From Polyangiaceae bacterium (GTDB lineage: Bacteria; Myxococcota_A; Polyangia; Polyangiales; Polyangiaceae), in NCBI GenBank assembly GCA_035063585.1, contig JAPSGB010000010.1, positions 32,001 to 96,000 on the forward strand: a stretch of 64,000 nucleotides of DNA. Reading direction: 5' to 3'. Below are positions 19,777 through 31,440 of the stretch, one piece after another. Position numbers and translations under genes: made by a program. The stretch's first letter is position 1, and the number at the start of each line of letters is the position of its first letter. Under the pieces are notes generated by a model, which searched no databases, had not been told where the DNA came from, and was given only the letters and a program-made list of their open reading frames with translations.

Positions 19777-20487
19777 GTGGCGCGGCCGGACGACCCTGCA
19801 GAGGTGCGAGAGCGGTTCGACGCGACGCTCGAGTTGGTCGAGATCATCGCGCGTCGGGTCGCGCGCTCGATCGGCCCCGCGGCGAACCTCGACGAGCTCG
19901 TGAGCTTCGGGCAAGAGGGCCTGCTCGACGCCGCGCGACGGTACGACGCCTCGCGGGGGGTGCCGTTTCGCTCCTACGCCAACTACCGCGTGCGCGGCGC
20001 CATCATCGACGGGGTCCGCTCACTGGCGCGGCTGCCGCGGCGCACGCACCAGCGGCTGAACGGCCTGGACGCCGCCGGGCGCTTCTCGGAGGGCGCGCTC
20101 GAGGACTCCTGCGCGCCGCGCCCTCCGGGCTCCGCTGCGGCGGAGGCCGAGCGGGCCCTCGCCGACCACCTCGCCGGGATGGCGACCGCGATGACCCTCG
20201 GAATCATCGCGCCGGTCGCGCACGGCGACGAGGGCGAGCTCGTGAGCCAGTCCACCGACGAGGATCCCGAGGAGCGCGTCGCGCGGGCGGAGCTCCTCGC
20301 CGTGGTAGGGGACGCGATCGCAGAGCTTCCGCCTCAAGAGGCGGAGCTGGTTCGCCGTCACTACCTCGGCGGCGAGCGTTTCGACGTGGTCGCCGCCGAG
20401 CTCGGGCTCAGCAAGTCCTGGGGCAGCCGGCTCCACACGCGCGCGCTCGGGCGGCTCGCCAAGCGGCTTCGCGGCGTCGCGGGCTGA
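19777..20487 (+). CDS. FliA/WhiG-like (group 3) sigma-70 factor
   Basis: DELVSFGQEGLLDAARRYDASRGVPFRSYANYRVRGAIIDGVR region 2; region-4 HTH LGLSKSWGSRLH. Confidence 0.85.
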   Translation: MARPDDPAEVRERFDATLELVEIIARRVARSIGPAANLDELVSFGQEGLLDAARRYDASRGVPFRSYANYRVRGAIIDGVRSLARLPRRTHQRLNGLDAAGRFSEGALEDSCAPRPPGSAAAEAERALADHLAGMATAMTLGIIAPVAHGDEGELVSQSTDEDPEERVARAELLAVVGDAIAELPPQEAELVRRHYLGGERFDVVAAELGLSKSWGSRLHTRALGRLAKRLRGVAG

Positions 20488-20558
20488 CCGCGCCGCCGAC
20501 GAGCGCGCCGCGCGCTCGGGCCGGGCAGGGTTCCGCGCCGGACCGACCCACAGGACAC

Positions 20559-20585
20559 GCAACCGCGGCGCCGCCCGGCCGATTC
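20559..20585 (+). promoter_or_regulatory. Putative sigma28-like promoter
   Basis: GCAA-N15-GCCGATTC, versus consensus TAAA-N15-GCCGATAA; ends 7 nt before the ATG at 20593. Confidence 0.45.
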
Positions 20586-20592
20586 GGCGCGC

Positions 20593-20928
20593 ATGATCCC
20601 TCCGCTCACGAGCGCTCCCGGTCTCGAGCAGTCCGTCGCGTTACCGTCCTCGCCCGCGCCGTCGGCTTCCGCCGCGCCGGAGGCCACGCCGCCCGAGGAG
20701 CGGCGCGAGCGATTTCGGAGCGCGCTCGAGGGGTGGGGGCGAGAGATCGACCGCGGCGAGGCGCTGGTGCGCTCGTCGCTGGGTGGGGGCGCGCACCTGG
20801 GCGCCGGCGATCTCATCGCGCTCCAGGCGGGGATTTATCGCTACAGCGAGGCGGTGGATCTCGCCGCGAAGCTGGTCGACCGGGCGACGAGCGCAGTGAA
20901 GACCACACTCCAGGGCTCGGGCTCGTAG
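20593..20928 (+). CDS. Small helical protein resembling a T3SS inner-rod/needle subunit (SctI/SctF-like)
   Basis: C-terminal GDLIALQAGIYRYSEAVDLAAKLVDRATSAVKTTLQ fits the LLxLQ..Y....L..K......V.T amphipathic pattern. Confidence 0.6.
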   Translation: MIPPLTSAPGLEQSVALPSSPAPSASAAPEATPPEERRERFRSALEGWGREIDRGEALVRSSLGGGAHLGAGDLIALQAGIYRYSEAVDLAAKLVDRATSAVKTTLQGSGS

Positions 20929-20983
20929 CGGGCGCCCGGGCGCGCTAGGCTCTCGCCGAGAGAAAGGCGAGACGGAAAGCGAG

Positions 20984-22084
20984 ATGGGACGCGTGCTCGT
21001 CGCGATGAGCGGCGGGGTAGATTCATCGGTGGCCGCGGCGCGGCTCGTGGCGGCCGGGCTGGAGGTGGTCGGCGTCACCCTGCACCTCTGGGACACCCCG
21101 GACGACGGCTCGGTGAAGGGGCGCTGCTGCGCGCCCGAGGACGTGCACGACGCGCGCAGGGTGGCCGACGCGCTCGGTATCGCGCACTACTCCTTCGACC
21201 GACGAGAGCAGTTTCGACGCGAGGTCGTGAGTCCCTTCGTCGACGCCTACCTCGCTGGGGAGACGCCGAGCCCGTGCGTCACCTGCAACCGCTCGGTGAA
21301 GATGCACGAGCTCTTGTCACTCGCGGACCGCCTCGACGCGGACGCGGTCGCCACCGGTCACTACGCGCGCGTCGATCACGTCGCGGAGCCGCCCCGGCTG
21401 CTGCGCGCGCGTGACCGCGAGAAGGATCAGAGCTATTTCCTCCACATGCTCGACGCTCGGGCTCTCGCGCGCCTGAGGTTTCCGCTCGGCGAGGCGACCA
21501 AGCCCGAGGTGCGCGCAGAGGCGGCTCGGCTCGGCCTTCCGGGCGCGACCAAGGGTGAGAGCCAGGAGCTCTGCTTCGTCCCGAGCGGGCACTACGCGGA
21601 GTTCGTCGCGCGCGAGGCCGGCGAGCGCGCGAAGGGAGGGGTCGTGGTCGATGAGCGCGGGCGCGTGCTCGGCGAGCACGACGGTGTCCATCGCTTCACC
21701 ATCGGGCAACGTAAGAACCTCCGGATCGCCGTCGGTCGTCGCGCCTACGTGGTGGACATCGACGCCGTGACCGGCAAGGTCACGCTCGGCGAGCGCGAGC
21801 AGCTCGCCTCGGAGGGCGCGGTCGTGGAGGGGGTCACACTCGCGGCGGACGTGACCCTCCCGATCGAGGTCGGCGTCGCGGTGCGCTACCGTGCCGAGCC
21901 GGTGCCCGCCATCGTCGAGCATCTGTCGAGCGGCGAAGCGCTGGTGCGCTTCCGCGCGCCGGTGAGCGCGGTCGTCCCGGGACAGTTCGCGGTGTTCTAC
22001 CAGGGCGAGCGCGTGCTCGGCGGCGGGCGCATCGCGCGCGCGGTGCGGGCTCGGGCCACGGTCGCCGACGAGGTGCGCGCGTGA
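20984..22084 (+). CDS. mnmA: tRNA 2-thiouridine(34) synthase
   Basis: AMSGGVDSS, PCVTCN, ATGHYA, KDQSYFL, ESQELCF, TIGQR and PGQFAVFY motifs. Confidence 0.97.
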   Translation: MGRVLVAMSGGVDSSVAAARLVAAGLEVVGVTLHLWDTPDDGSVKGRCCAPEDVHDARRVADALGIAHYSFDRREQFRREVVSPFVDAYLAGETPSPCVTCNRSVKMHELLSLADRLDADAVATGHYARVDHVAEPPRLLRARDREKDQSYFLHMLDARALARLRFPLGEATKPEVRAEAARLGLPGATKGESQELCFVPSGHYAEFVAREAGERAKGGVVVDERGRVLGEHDGVHRFTIGQRKNLRIAVGRRAYVVDIDAVTGKVTLGEREQLASEGAVVEGVTLAADVTLPIEVGVAVRYRAEPVPAIVEHLSSGEALVRFRAPVSAVVPGQFAVFYQGERVLGGGRIARAVRARATVADEVRA

Positions 22085-22716
22085 GCCGAAGCGGTCGCGC
22101 GGCGGTCGCGCTCGTCTCGCTCGCGCTGCTCGGTTGCACCGCCGGTGAGGGAGAGGGTTGGGTTCGGAGCGAGCGCCTCTTCATCGAGGACTGCTGGAAC
22201 GGGAAGTTCGACTTGAAGCCGGATTTCTTCGCCGCGAACCCCTCCCGCGATACCCAGATGATCCGGGTGCAGCGGGGCGACAACATCGAAGAGATGTCCG
22301 ATGGCCTGATGGCCGTCGTCACCGACGTGGGCGCCATCCGCAGAGGGATGCTCGGGCAAGCCCTGAGCGTGGGGCTCCCGGTGGGAGTCCATCCGCCTGG
22401 GACGGGGCTGCCCACGACGCCGAGCGCCGATCCACCGCGGGTCAGCCTGGCCCTCTACCTCCACGACACCTGCCACGGCCAGAACGGCACGCTCTACTCG
22501 ATCGACGGCACCATCACGTTCAACGCGCTCTTTAGCGGAGATCGGAACGAGTCGAGCGCCGACGAGCGCCTCACCGACGCCGAATTCGAGGCCACCTTCG
22601 CCGATCCGCGCGATCTCCAGCCGGACGGCACCTACCCGCCCGAGCGCACGAGCACGGTGCGGGGCTGGTTCCGTTTCTTCTTCCAGCGAGGACAGCCCGC
22701 GCAGCCATTTCCGTGA
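22081..22716 (+). CDS. Hypothetical lipoprotein
   Basis: Lipobox LLGC; GTGA overlap with mnmA; plausible codon usage. Confidence 0.72.
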   Translation: MSRSGRAAVALVSLALLGCTAGEGEGWVRSERLFIEDCWNGKFDLKPDFFAANPSRDTQMIRVQRGDNIEEMSDGLMAVVTDVGAIRRGMLGQALSVGLPVGVHPPGTGLPTTPSADPPRVSLALYLHDTCHGQNGTLYSIDGTITFNALFSGDRNESSADERLTDAEFEATFADPRDLQPDGTYPPERTSTVRGWFRFFFQRGQPAQPFP

Positions 22717-22869
22717 GGCGTGGGCCTAGGAGCAGAAGTAGGAGGTTTCCCGAAATGTCGGTTCGGCGCGGAATCGGGGGTGGTCGCCCGGCCCCGTGGC
22801 CTGTCGGGTTCGGCCGGCATTCAGCGCCAAAATGTTGCATACTCGTGGGTCCGAGGCGGGCGCGAGCGG

Positions 22870-22898
22870 TTGATCGAGCGCGCGCGCGTCGGTAGAAT
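22870..22898 (+). promoter_or_regulatory. Putative sigma70 promoter
   Basis: TTGATC-N17-TAGAAT, 12 nt before the ATG at 22911. Confidence 0.6.
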
Positions 22899-22910
22899 TT
22901 GCACATCGTC

Positions 22911-23801
22911 ATGCCTCGACCCGCGCGCGCCTGCCGCCCGATTCGCCTGTTGCTTGCCGCCTTGGCGTGCGCGCTCGTCTGCCTGATGGCGCCGCTCGCG
23001 TCCGCCGCGGGCGGTCGGTTCGCGGGCGCGGACGAGGCCTGGAGCCAGGGTGAGCTCGAGAAGGCCCAGAAGCTCTACGAGCAGGCGCTCGCCGCGGGCG
23101 GCCTCGAGCCGAAGGAGGTGGTCATCGCCTATTCCAGGATCGGCACCGTGAAGGCCGCGCTCAAGGACTCCAAGGGGGCGCTCAGCGCGTTCCGCACCGC
23201 GGCCACCATCGACCCGGCGTTCAAGCTGCCCGCCGACAGCGGCCCGATCGCGAAGAAGCTCTACGCGCAGGCGCACGCGGAGGCTGCCGCGCAAGGCGAG
23301 AAGCTGAGCGTCGCCATCAGCGCGCCGGACAACACACCGGCGAAGCAGCCCTTCACCCTCGAGGTCAGCATCCCGGGTGGCTTTGCCGTGCTGGTCGCCG
23401 AGGTCGCCGTCACCATCGAAGATCCGGTGACCCACAAGAAGTGGGAGAAGAAGAAGCCGGCAGAGCCCTCGCTGTCCTTCGAATTCCCGAAGGCTGCGGC
23501 GGTCCCGGGCGCGCGTCTCAAGGTCACGGCGCGAGCCGTCGACGGCGAGAAGAACGCGTGGGCGCTCGCGGAGACGGCCATCAAGGTGGACGGCACGCGG
23601 AGCGTCGCCAGCATGGACGACGGCGAGGTGTCGCCCTTCGAGGACGATAAGCCGAAGAAGAAGGAGGACAAGGGCGGCGGGTTCTTCGCGGGTCCCCTCC
23701 CGTGGATCATCGGCGGTGCGCTCTTGGTCGGCGGGGTCGTCGTGTTTGCCGTTACTCGCCCGAGCGGTGACGTGACGGTCGGGGCGCCGAGCTGGCAGTG
23801 A
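22911..23801 (+). CDS. Exported TPR-containing protein with a C-terminal hydrophobic segment
   Basis: Signal peptide (ASA-A), TPR-like helices, beta-rich domain, PWIIGGALLVGGVVVF segment. Confidence 0.7.
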   Translation: MPRPARACRPIRLLLAALACALVCLMAPLASAAGGRFAGADEAWSQGELEKAQKLYEQALAAGGLEPKEVVIAYSRIGTVKAALKDSKGALSAFRTAATIDPAFKLPADSGPIAKKLYAQAHAEAAAQGEKLSVAISAPDNTPAKQPFTLEVSIPGGFAVLVAEVAVTIEDPVTHKKWEKKKPAEPSLSFEFPKAAAVPGARLKVTARAVDGEKNAWALAETAIKVDGTRSVASMDDGEVSPFEDDKPKKKEDKGGGFFAGPLPWIIGGALLVGGVVVFAVTRPSGDVTVGAPSWQ

Positions 23802-23805
23802 GCCG

Positions 23806-26382
23806 ATGACGAGCGATCCTGCACCAGGCGCGGGTCCGCCCCGCTCGAGCAAGCCCGCGAGCTCGTCGAGCGAGCGCGCGCGCCAGATCAAGGAGGGGAG
23901 CGACTCCTCGCTGACCCGAGGCGGGACGTACTTCCTCGGTCGCTACCGGATCGTGGACGAGATCGGCGTCGGCGGTATGGCGAGCGTGCACCTCGCCCGC
24001 GCCGACGGCCCCGGAGGCTTCCAGAAGTGGGTGGCGATCAAGCGGATCCACCGCCACCTCGCGGAAGACGAGACGTTCATCCAGATGTTCCTCGACGAGG
24101 CGCGGATCGCCGCGAGGATCTCGCACCCGAACGTCTCGCAGGTGTTCGACATGGGCAAGCACCAGGACACGTACTGGATTGCCATGGAGTATCTGCACGG
24201 CGAGCCGCTCCGCGAGCTCATGCGCTCGCTCGAGGAGGGGCACGGCGCGCCGCTCAAGCCCGAGCTCGCCGCGAAGATCATCGCCGACGCGGCCGAGGGG
24301 CTGCACGCCGCCCACGAGCTACGCGACAAAGACGGCAAGCTCTTGAACCTCGTCCACCGGGACGTGACCCCGCACAACCTCTTCTTGACCTACGACGGCG
24401 CGGTCAAGGTGGTGGACTTCGGGATCGCCAAGGTGACGGGTCGCCAGGCGAACACTCGCGCCGGGACGCTCAAGGGCAAGCTCGCGTACATGAGCCCCGA
24501 GCAGGTCCGCGGCGCTGCGGTGGACCGTCGCACCGACATCTTCGCGCTCGGGGTGGTGCTCTGGGAGCTCACCACGGGGCGTCGGCTCTTCCGTCAAGAA
24601 AGCGACCTCGAGACGCTCGAGCGCGTCCAAGCTTGCGTCGTGCCGCCGCCGTCGAGCGTGGTCGAGAAGTACCCGGGCGAGCTCGAGATGATCGTGATGC
24701 GGGCGCTGTCGAAGGATCTCAACCGCCGCTACTCGACGGCGCGGGAGATGTCGCGCGCGTTGCAGCAGTATCTGATGCGCTCCGGCTCGTTCGTGGGCTC
24801 CGACGAGATCGGCGCATACGTGAAGGAAACGCTCGCCGAGCGCTATCAGAAGCGCGAGGCGCACCTGCAGTGGGCGGCCGAGGTGACCCAGACGATCTCG
24901 CTCGAGCAGCTGCAAGAGGGCGCGGTCGAACTCGAGGAGGTCTCGCTCCTCACGTCCTCGTCGGACGTCCAGCGGGTGCCCGGGGCGCGTCCCGCCGCGG
25001 GGGCTCCCCCGGCGCTGGGCACGCTCTCGACCCGGGCCGCGCCGATGCGCGGGGCTCCGCCGGCGAGCGGCACGCCGTCGGCCCCCGCGTCGAACGCACG
25101 TCTCGTCGCGCAGGCACCCGTGGCGCCGCCTCGCCCAGCGACGGGGGGCCTCGGAGGGCCGCCTCGCCCCTCGGCAGCGCCGGCGCCTCCTTCATCGTCG
25201 TCGCTCCCTAGCTACGAGCTCAACACGTCGACTACCAGCACTGGGCTCCTCGAGCCCGTCGAGCCTCCGAGCCCGCGAGGAGGCGTCGTGGCAAACCTCT
25301 CGCCACCCGCGCCGGCGCAACCCCAGCAGTTCAGCCCCAAGCAGACCATGCTCGGCTTGGGGCCGGCATCGTCGCCAAAGGCGGAGCCGCTCCCGAGTTT
25401 CGGCGCGTCGGGAGGCTCACCGCTCGAGGCAAAGCCAGCCCCGACCATGCACGACTACTCCGAGGAAGATGAGGACGCGGTCACGCGCGTCATGGGCAGT
25501 CCGCTCGACGACCCGGCGGTCCCGCACCCCGTGAGCACGGTCCACTCGCCGGCGAAGAAGGTGCAGCCGGCGCCGCTGCCCCCGCAGGCGGTCGTGGTCT
25601 CCCCCGCGGTGATGACGCCCGAGCCGCCGCGAGCGGGCCCATACGCCCAGCATACGCCTTACGGCGCGCCCTACGGGATGGGCGGGCCGCAGCAGAGCGT
25701 CCCGCCGGGCTACTCCTCGATGCCGCCGATGTCGGGCGGGATGCCGGGCGCGATGGGCTACTCCGGTGAGCTGGGCCGGCGCGACGCCTCGAAGGTGTGG
25801 GTCACGTTGATCGCTGCGGTCACGACGCTCCTCGCGCTCGTCATCGTCGCCGTCGTCGTCATCAAGGTCACCGACCGAGGCCAGGCGCAAGCGCCCAGCC
25901 CGCAGGTCGCGCCGCCCCTCGCGACGGCGGTGGTGCCGGGGCCAGCCGCGGTGACGACAGCCGCTCCGACCCCGCTCGCCCCGACCGGGTCCGCCGTCGT
26001 CGAGCCCGCCGCGCCTGCGAAGCCCAAGGATGACGGGCCGGTGGATCTCACGAGCCTTCCGAAGGAGCAGCCTCGGCCGACCGCGGGCGGGGCTCCCGCG
26101 CCTCCGCGGATCACGGCGCCGGCTGGCGCGCCAGCGGCGCCGGCGCCCGCGAAGCCGCCGGCCGCGAGCGCGGGGCCGGGCTTCCTCACCGTGGTCTGCG
26201 ACCCTGCGTGTGATGCGGTGGTGGCGGGAGGGCGAAACTTGGGGCCGTCACCGGTGGTCCGCGCGGCCCTCCCACCCGGCAGCCACTCGGTCACGCTTCG
26301 CGGCGGAGGCAAGACGACCTCCATCGGTGTGACGATCGTATCTGGCCAGACGACGGCTCGTCGCGTGAAGATGGGCTCATGA
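23806..26382 (+). CDS. Membrane Ser/Thr protein kinase with Pro-rich linker and PEGA-like C-terminus
   Basis: IGVGGMASV, VAIK, HRDVTPHN, DFG and YMSPEQ motifs; TM helix; GFLTVVCDP...GPSP tail. Confidence 0.95.
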   Translation: MTSDPAPGAGPPRSSKPASSSSERARQIKEGSDSSLTRGGTYFLGRYRIVDEIGVGGMASVHLARADGPGGFQKWVAIKRIHRHLAEDETFIQMFLDEARIAARISHPNVSQVFDMGKHQDTYWIAMEYLHGEPLRELMRSLEEGHGAPLKPELAAKIIADAAEGLHAAHELRDKDGKLLNLVHRDVTPHNLFLTYDGAVKVVDFGIAKVTGRQANTRAGTLKGKLAYMSPEQVRGAAVDRRTDIFALGVVLWELTTGRRLFRQESDLETLERVQACVVPPPSSVVEKYPGELEMIVMRALSKDLNRRYSTAREMSRALQQYLMRSGSFVGSDEIGAYVKETLAERYQKREAHLQWAAEVTQTISLEQLQEGAVELEEVSLLTSSSDVQRVPGARPAAGAPPALGTLSTRAAPMRGAPPASGTPSAPASNARLVAQAPVAPPRPATGGLGGPPRPSAAPAPPSSSSLPSYELNTSTTSTGLLEPVEPPSPRGGVVANLSPPAPAQPQQFSPKQTMLGLGPASSPKAEPLPSFGASGGSPLEAKPAPTMHDYSEEDEDAVTRVMGSPLDDPAVPHPVSTVHSPAKKVQPAPLPPQAVVVSPAVMTPEPPRAGPYAQHTPYGAPYGMGGPQQSVPPGYSSMPPMSGGMPGAMGYSGELGRRDASKVWVTLIAAVTTLLALVIVAVVVIKVTDRGQAQAPSPQVAPPLATAVVPGPAAVTTAAPTPLAPTGSAVVEPAAPAKPKDDGPVDLTSLPKEQPRPTAGGAPAPPRITAPAGAPAAPAPAKPPAASAGPGFLTVVCDPACDAVVAGGRNLGPSPVVRAALPPGSHSVTLRGGGKTTSIGVTIVSGQTTARRVKMGS

Positions 26383-26425
26383 AGCCGGCTCGGCGAGGGC
26401 GCCCAATCGCTCACAGGACATCGAC

Positions 26426-28180
26426 ATGAGACTGGTCAAGCGTCTTGGCGCGCTCGGCATCGCGTTGACGGCCGGGCTCCCGTTCGCGTCGTGCGCGTCG
26501 AACCCCGCGGTCGAGCTCGTGCTCGTCGACGGCTGCATCGGTTCCGCCCCTGCGGAGGGGACGGACTGCGCCCGGGCCCCGTGCGACGGTGGACAATCGT
26601 TCCGCCAGGCGGCCGCGTACGTAGAGGTCGCGGTCTTCAACGGCGGGTGTCCGCCCGATGACGACCTCATCGCCGGAGACACCTCGAAGGCGACCTACCG
26701 CGCGGTCGTCGAGGCGAGCGCGCCGCTCCCCGAGATCGGCGACCTCTCCAAGGACGTCTACGGGTTCGGGGTCCTGCTTCGCGACAGCGACTGCGGCGTC
26801 TTGGCCATGGGCTGTACCGGCGCGGATCTGACCAACGTCCGGCGCATCAATGTCTCGGTGCGCGCCTGGAGCACGAGCGCGCACCCGCACGGAAACGTCT
26901 GCGACCCCTACGCGCCGCTGCCGGGCTGCGCCGACCCGCTCGTGTGCGAGGCCGGGCGCTGCGTCGGCGAAGCTGGCTCCACGGACGGAGGAGGCGGGGG
27001 CGACTGCGATCTGTCCGTAGTAGCGTCGGGGTCGCTGCCCCCGACGCCGTCGTCCGACGCGCAGGTGAGCGGTCCGGCCATCGCCGCCACCGACGACGGC
27101 TTCGTGCTCGCCTATCGTCAGTTCGACCCCTCCACGGGCAAGCTGCAGGTCGTCGCGATCCCGCTCCCCGACGGCGGGCCGCTCGGCAAGTCCGCCACGA
27201 TGGGCCTGGCTAGCTGTTCGTCGATGCCGGCACCGACCGACGGGCTCGGCTTGGCCTTCTCAGGGGCTCAGGGGCAGCTCGTCTCGGCGCTGCAGAACTG
27301 CACGCCCGAGGACGGTGGAGCGGGCGCAGGAGCGGGCGCTGCGTTCCTGCGGATCGCGCCGACCGGCGCGATGCAGGCTCCCAACTCGCTGCGAAACCCC
27401 GCGTTCACCGAGCTTCGCCTCGCGCAGGGGCATAGCCTGAGCGTGCGCCCGGACAGCGGGTTCGATCTCGCGTTCCGCGCCGTCAACTCGGGGACCGCCA
27501 TCGTGCAGCTCGGCAAGCTCGAGAACAACGGCTTCTCGGGCAGCCCCGTCTCGGTCTTCTCCGACCCGGCCGACTACGGCATGGTGGCCACGACCGACAA
27601 GCTCCAAGCCGTCCTCGGGCGCATCTCTTCTCGTGGAACCGACGTGCTCCTCGTCACCGACACCAGCGGCGCCCCACCGATGGATGCGGGCAGCGACGCC
27701 GGTGACGCCGGCGCCGCCGGCCCCGTCGAGTTCTTGCTCCCGGACTCGCCGTGGGGTGCGCTGGCAGCGGCAGGCGGGCGCGTCGCGGCGGTCGTGCCCG
27801 GCAGCGGCGCCGGGCTCACCCTGCTGGTCGCCGACGCGAGCGGGGGAAAGATCGGCCAGAGCACCATCGCGGGCGGCGTCTTCACGAGCGGTGACGTCGC
27901 GTTCGCCCATGATCGCCTCATCGTCGCGACCGCCGCGTCGAGCAGGCTCACCTTCTACCGCATCGACGGCGCGACCACGCTGCCCGCGGTCTCGACCACG
28001 GGCGCGACCGAGGTCCAGTTCAAGGACACGCTCGGGAAGGCGAGCTTGAGCGATTTCGACGGGAACCGCGTCGCGGTCGCGGCCGCCCGGGGGCGCGTCG
28101 CGGTCGTGTGGCTGAGCACGCTGGCCCTCACGGAGGGCGTGCCGACCGGCGGTTGGGCGCTCCTATCGTGTAAGAAGTAG
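26426..28180 (+). CDS. Cys-rich hypothetical lipoprotein with a beta-rich C-terminal domain
   Basis: Lipobox-like FASC; many Cys in the N-terminal third; DGG/DAG linkers. Confidence 0.7.
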   Translation: MRLVKRLGALGIALTAGLPFASCASNPAVELVLVDGCIGSAPAEGTDCARAPCDGGQSFRQAAAYVEVAVFNGGCPPDDDLIAGDTSKATYRAVVEASAPLPEIGDLSKDVYGFGVLLRDSDCGVLAMGCTGADLTNVRRINVSVRAWSTSAHPHGNVCDPYAPLPGCADPLVCEAGRCVGEAGSTDGGGGGDCDLSVVASGSLPPTPSSDAQVSGPAIAATDDGFVLAYRQFDPSTGKLQVVAIPLPDGGPLGKSATMGLASCSSMPAPTDGLGLAFSGAQGQLVSALQNCTPEDGGAGAGAGAAFLRIAPTGAMQAPNSLRNPAFTELRLAQGHSLSVRPDSGFDLAFRAVNSGTAIVQLGKLENNGFSGSPVSVFSDPADYGMVATTDKLQAVLGRISSRGTDVLLVTDTSGAPPMDAGSDAGDAGAAGPVEFLLPDSPWGALAAAGGRVAAVVPGSGAGLTLLVADASGGKIGQSTIAGGVFTSGDVAFAHDRLIVATAASSRLTFYRIDGATTLPAVSTTGATEVQFKDTLGKASLSDFDGNRVAVAAARGRVAVVWLSTLALTEGVPTGGWALLSCKK

Positions 28181-28191
28181 CGGCCGCGGCG

Positions 28192-28389
28192 ATGGCCTCC
28201 ACACGCGTCGACGAGCGGCTGCTCCGGGAAATCGACGCCTGCGAGCTCCGCCTCTGGTGCGAGAGCTGCGTGCACTACGAGCCGGAGAGCGAGGGCTGCT
28301 CCGCGGGCTACCCGACCGCTCCGCACCGCGCGCGGAGGCTCGCGCGCGGGGATGCGCTCGAGTTCTGCAAGCTCTTCGAGCTCGCGTGA
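28192..28389 (+). CDS. Small Cys-rich protein (possible metal-binding)
   Basis: CESCVHY...C...H...FCKLFE; stop overlaps the tilS start (GTGA). Confidence 0.65.
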   Translation: MASTRVDERLLREIDACELRLWCESCVHYEPESEGCSAGYPTAPHRARRLARGDALEFCKLFELA

Positions 28390-29306
28390 CCCGCTCGCAC
28401 CCGCCGTCGCTCATCACGCTCGCCGAGCGCACGCTCCGCGAGGAGTGCGGCGTGCGCCCGGGAGAGCGCGTGCTGGTCGCGGTCTCCGGCGGCGCAGACT
28501 CCACCGCGCTCCTGGCGGTCCTGTCGCGGCTCGCGCCTCGGCTCAGGCTCGAACTCGAGGCGCACGGAGTCGATCATGGGCTCCGCGCGGAGGCCGCCGC
28601 GGAGCTCGACTCGGCCGCCGAGCTCGCCCGGAGGCTCGGCGTTCGGTTCGAGCGGACGATCCTTCGCGTCGAGCCGGGCGGGAACCTCCAGGCGCGCGCG
28701 CGCCACGAGCGATACACGGCGCTCGAGCGCGCGCGCGAGCGGTGCCGTGCCGCGCTCATCGCGACCGCGCATCACGCAGACGATCGAGCCGAGACGGTGC
28801 TCCTCCGGCTGCTCCGCGGCGCCGGGCCGCGCGGGCTCGCCGTGCTCCCGGCCCGGGCCGGGAGCCGGATCCGCCCGCTGATTCGCGCGCGGCGCGCCGC
28901 GATCGAGGCGCACCTCGGCCGCCATGGGCTCGCGTTCGCGCGAGATCCGTCCAACCAGGACCGGCGATTTCTTCGAGTCCGGGTCCGGCTCGACGTCTTG
29001 CCGCTGCTCGAGGCCGCCTCTCCGCGGATCGTGGAGCACCTCTGCGCGCTCGCCGACGAGCTGGGCGGCCCGCCGGCGCCGGTGGTGCTCGGCGAGGACG
29101 GGCGGCCGCTCGCGCTCGGCCGCGCACAGCTCGGCGCGCTCCGTCGGGCCCAGGCCCTGGGCCTCCTCGAGGCTCGAATCCCCCTCAGCGACGGCCGGAT
29201 TCTCGCGCTCGACCGCCAGACGCGCACCCCGGTGCTGCTCGGCCCGCCCGCCTCGGTAGCGGGAAGTCGCCGGCGGGGGGATGCCAAACCTCGCTCTAGG
29301 AGTTAA
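28386..29306 (+). CDS. tilS: tRNA(Ile)-lysidine synthetase, short form
   Basis: AVSGGADS PP-loop, VDHGLR, TAHHADDRAET, RPL and DPSN motifs; directly upstream of ftsH. Confidence 0.93.
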   Translation: MTRSHPPSLITLAERTLREECGVRPGERVLVAVSGGADSTALLAVLSRLAPRLRLELEAHGVDHGLRAEAAAELDSAAELARRLGVRFERTILRVEPGGNLQARARHERYTALERARERCRAALIATAHHADDRAETVLLRLLRGAGPRGLAVLPARAGSRIRPLIRARRAAIEAHLGRHGLAFARDPSNQDRRFLRVRVRLDVLPLLEAASPRIVEHLCALADELGGPPAPVVLGEDGRPLALGRAQLGALRRAQALGLLEARIPLSDGRILALDRQTRTPVLLGPPASVAGSRRRGDAKPRSRS

Positions 29307-29436
29307 CTCTCCTGGGTTACCCGGCGCCCGACCCATCGCTCGGGGCGCGCTCGTGAATCGACGCGCGGAAGTTCGGGTGGCATGCTCCATCACCCCGGCC
29401 AGACGACGTCGGCCCGACATTCGAGGAACCTGAACC

Positions 29437-31380
<1,944 letters not shown>

Positions 31381-31440
31381 GCCCACCCGAGGGAGGGGGT
31401 GTCGGTCCGGCGCGGAACCGCGCCGCCCCGATCGACACCC

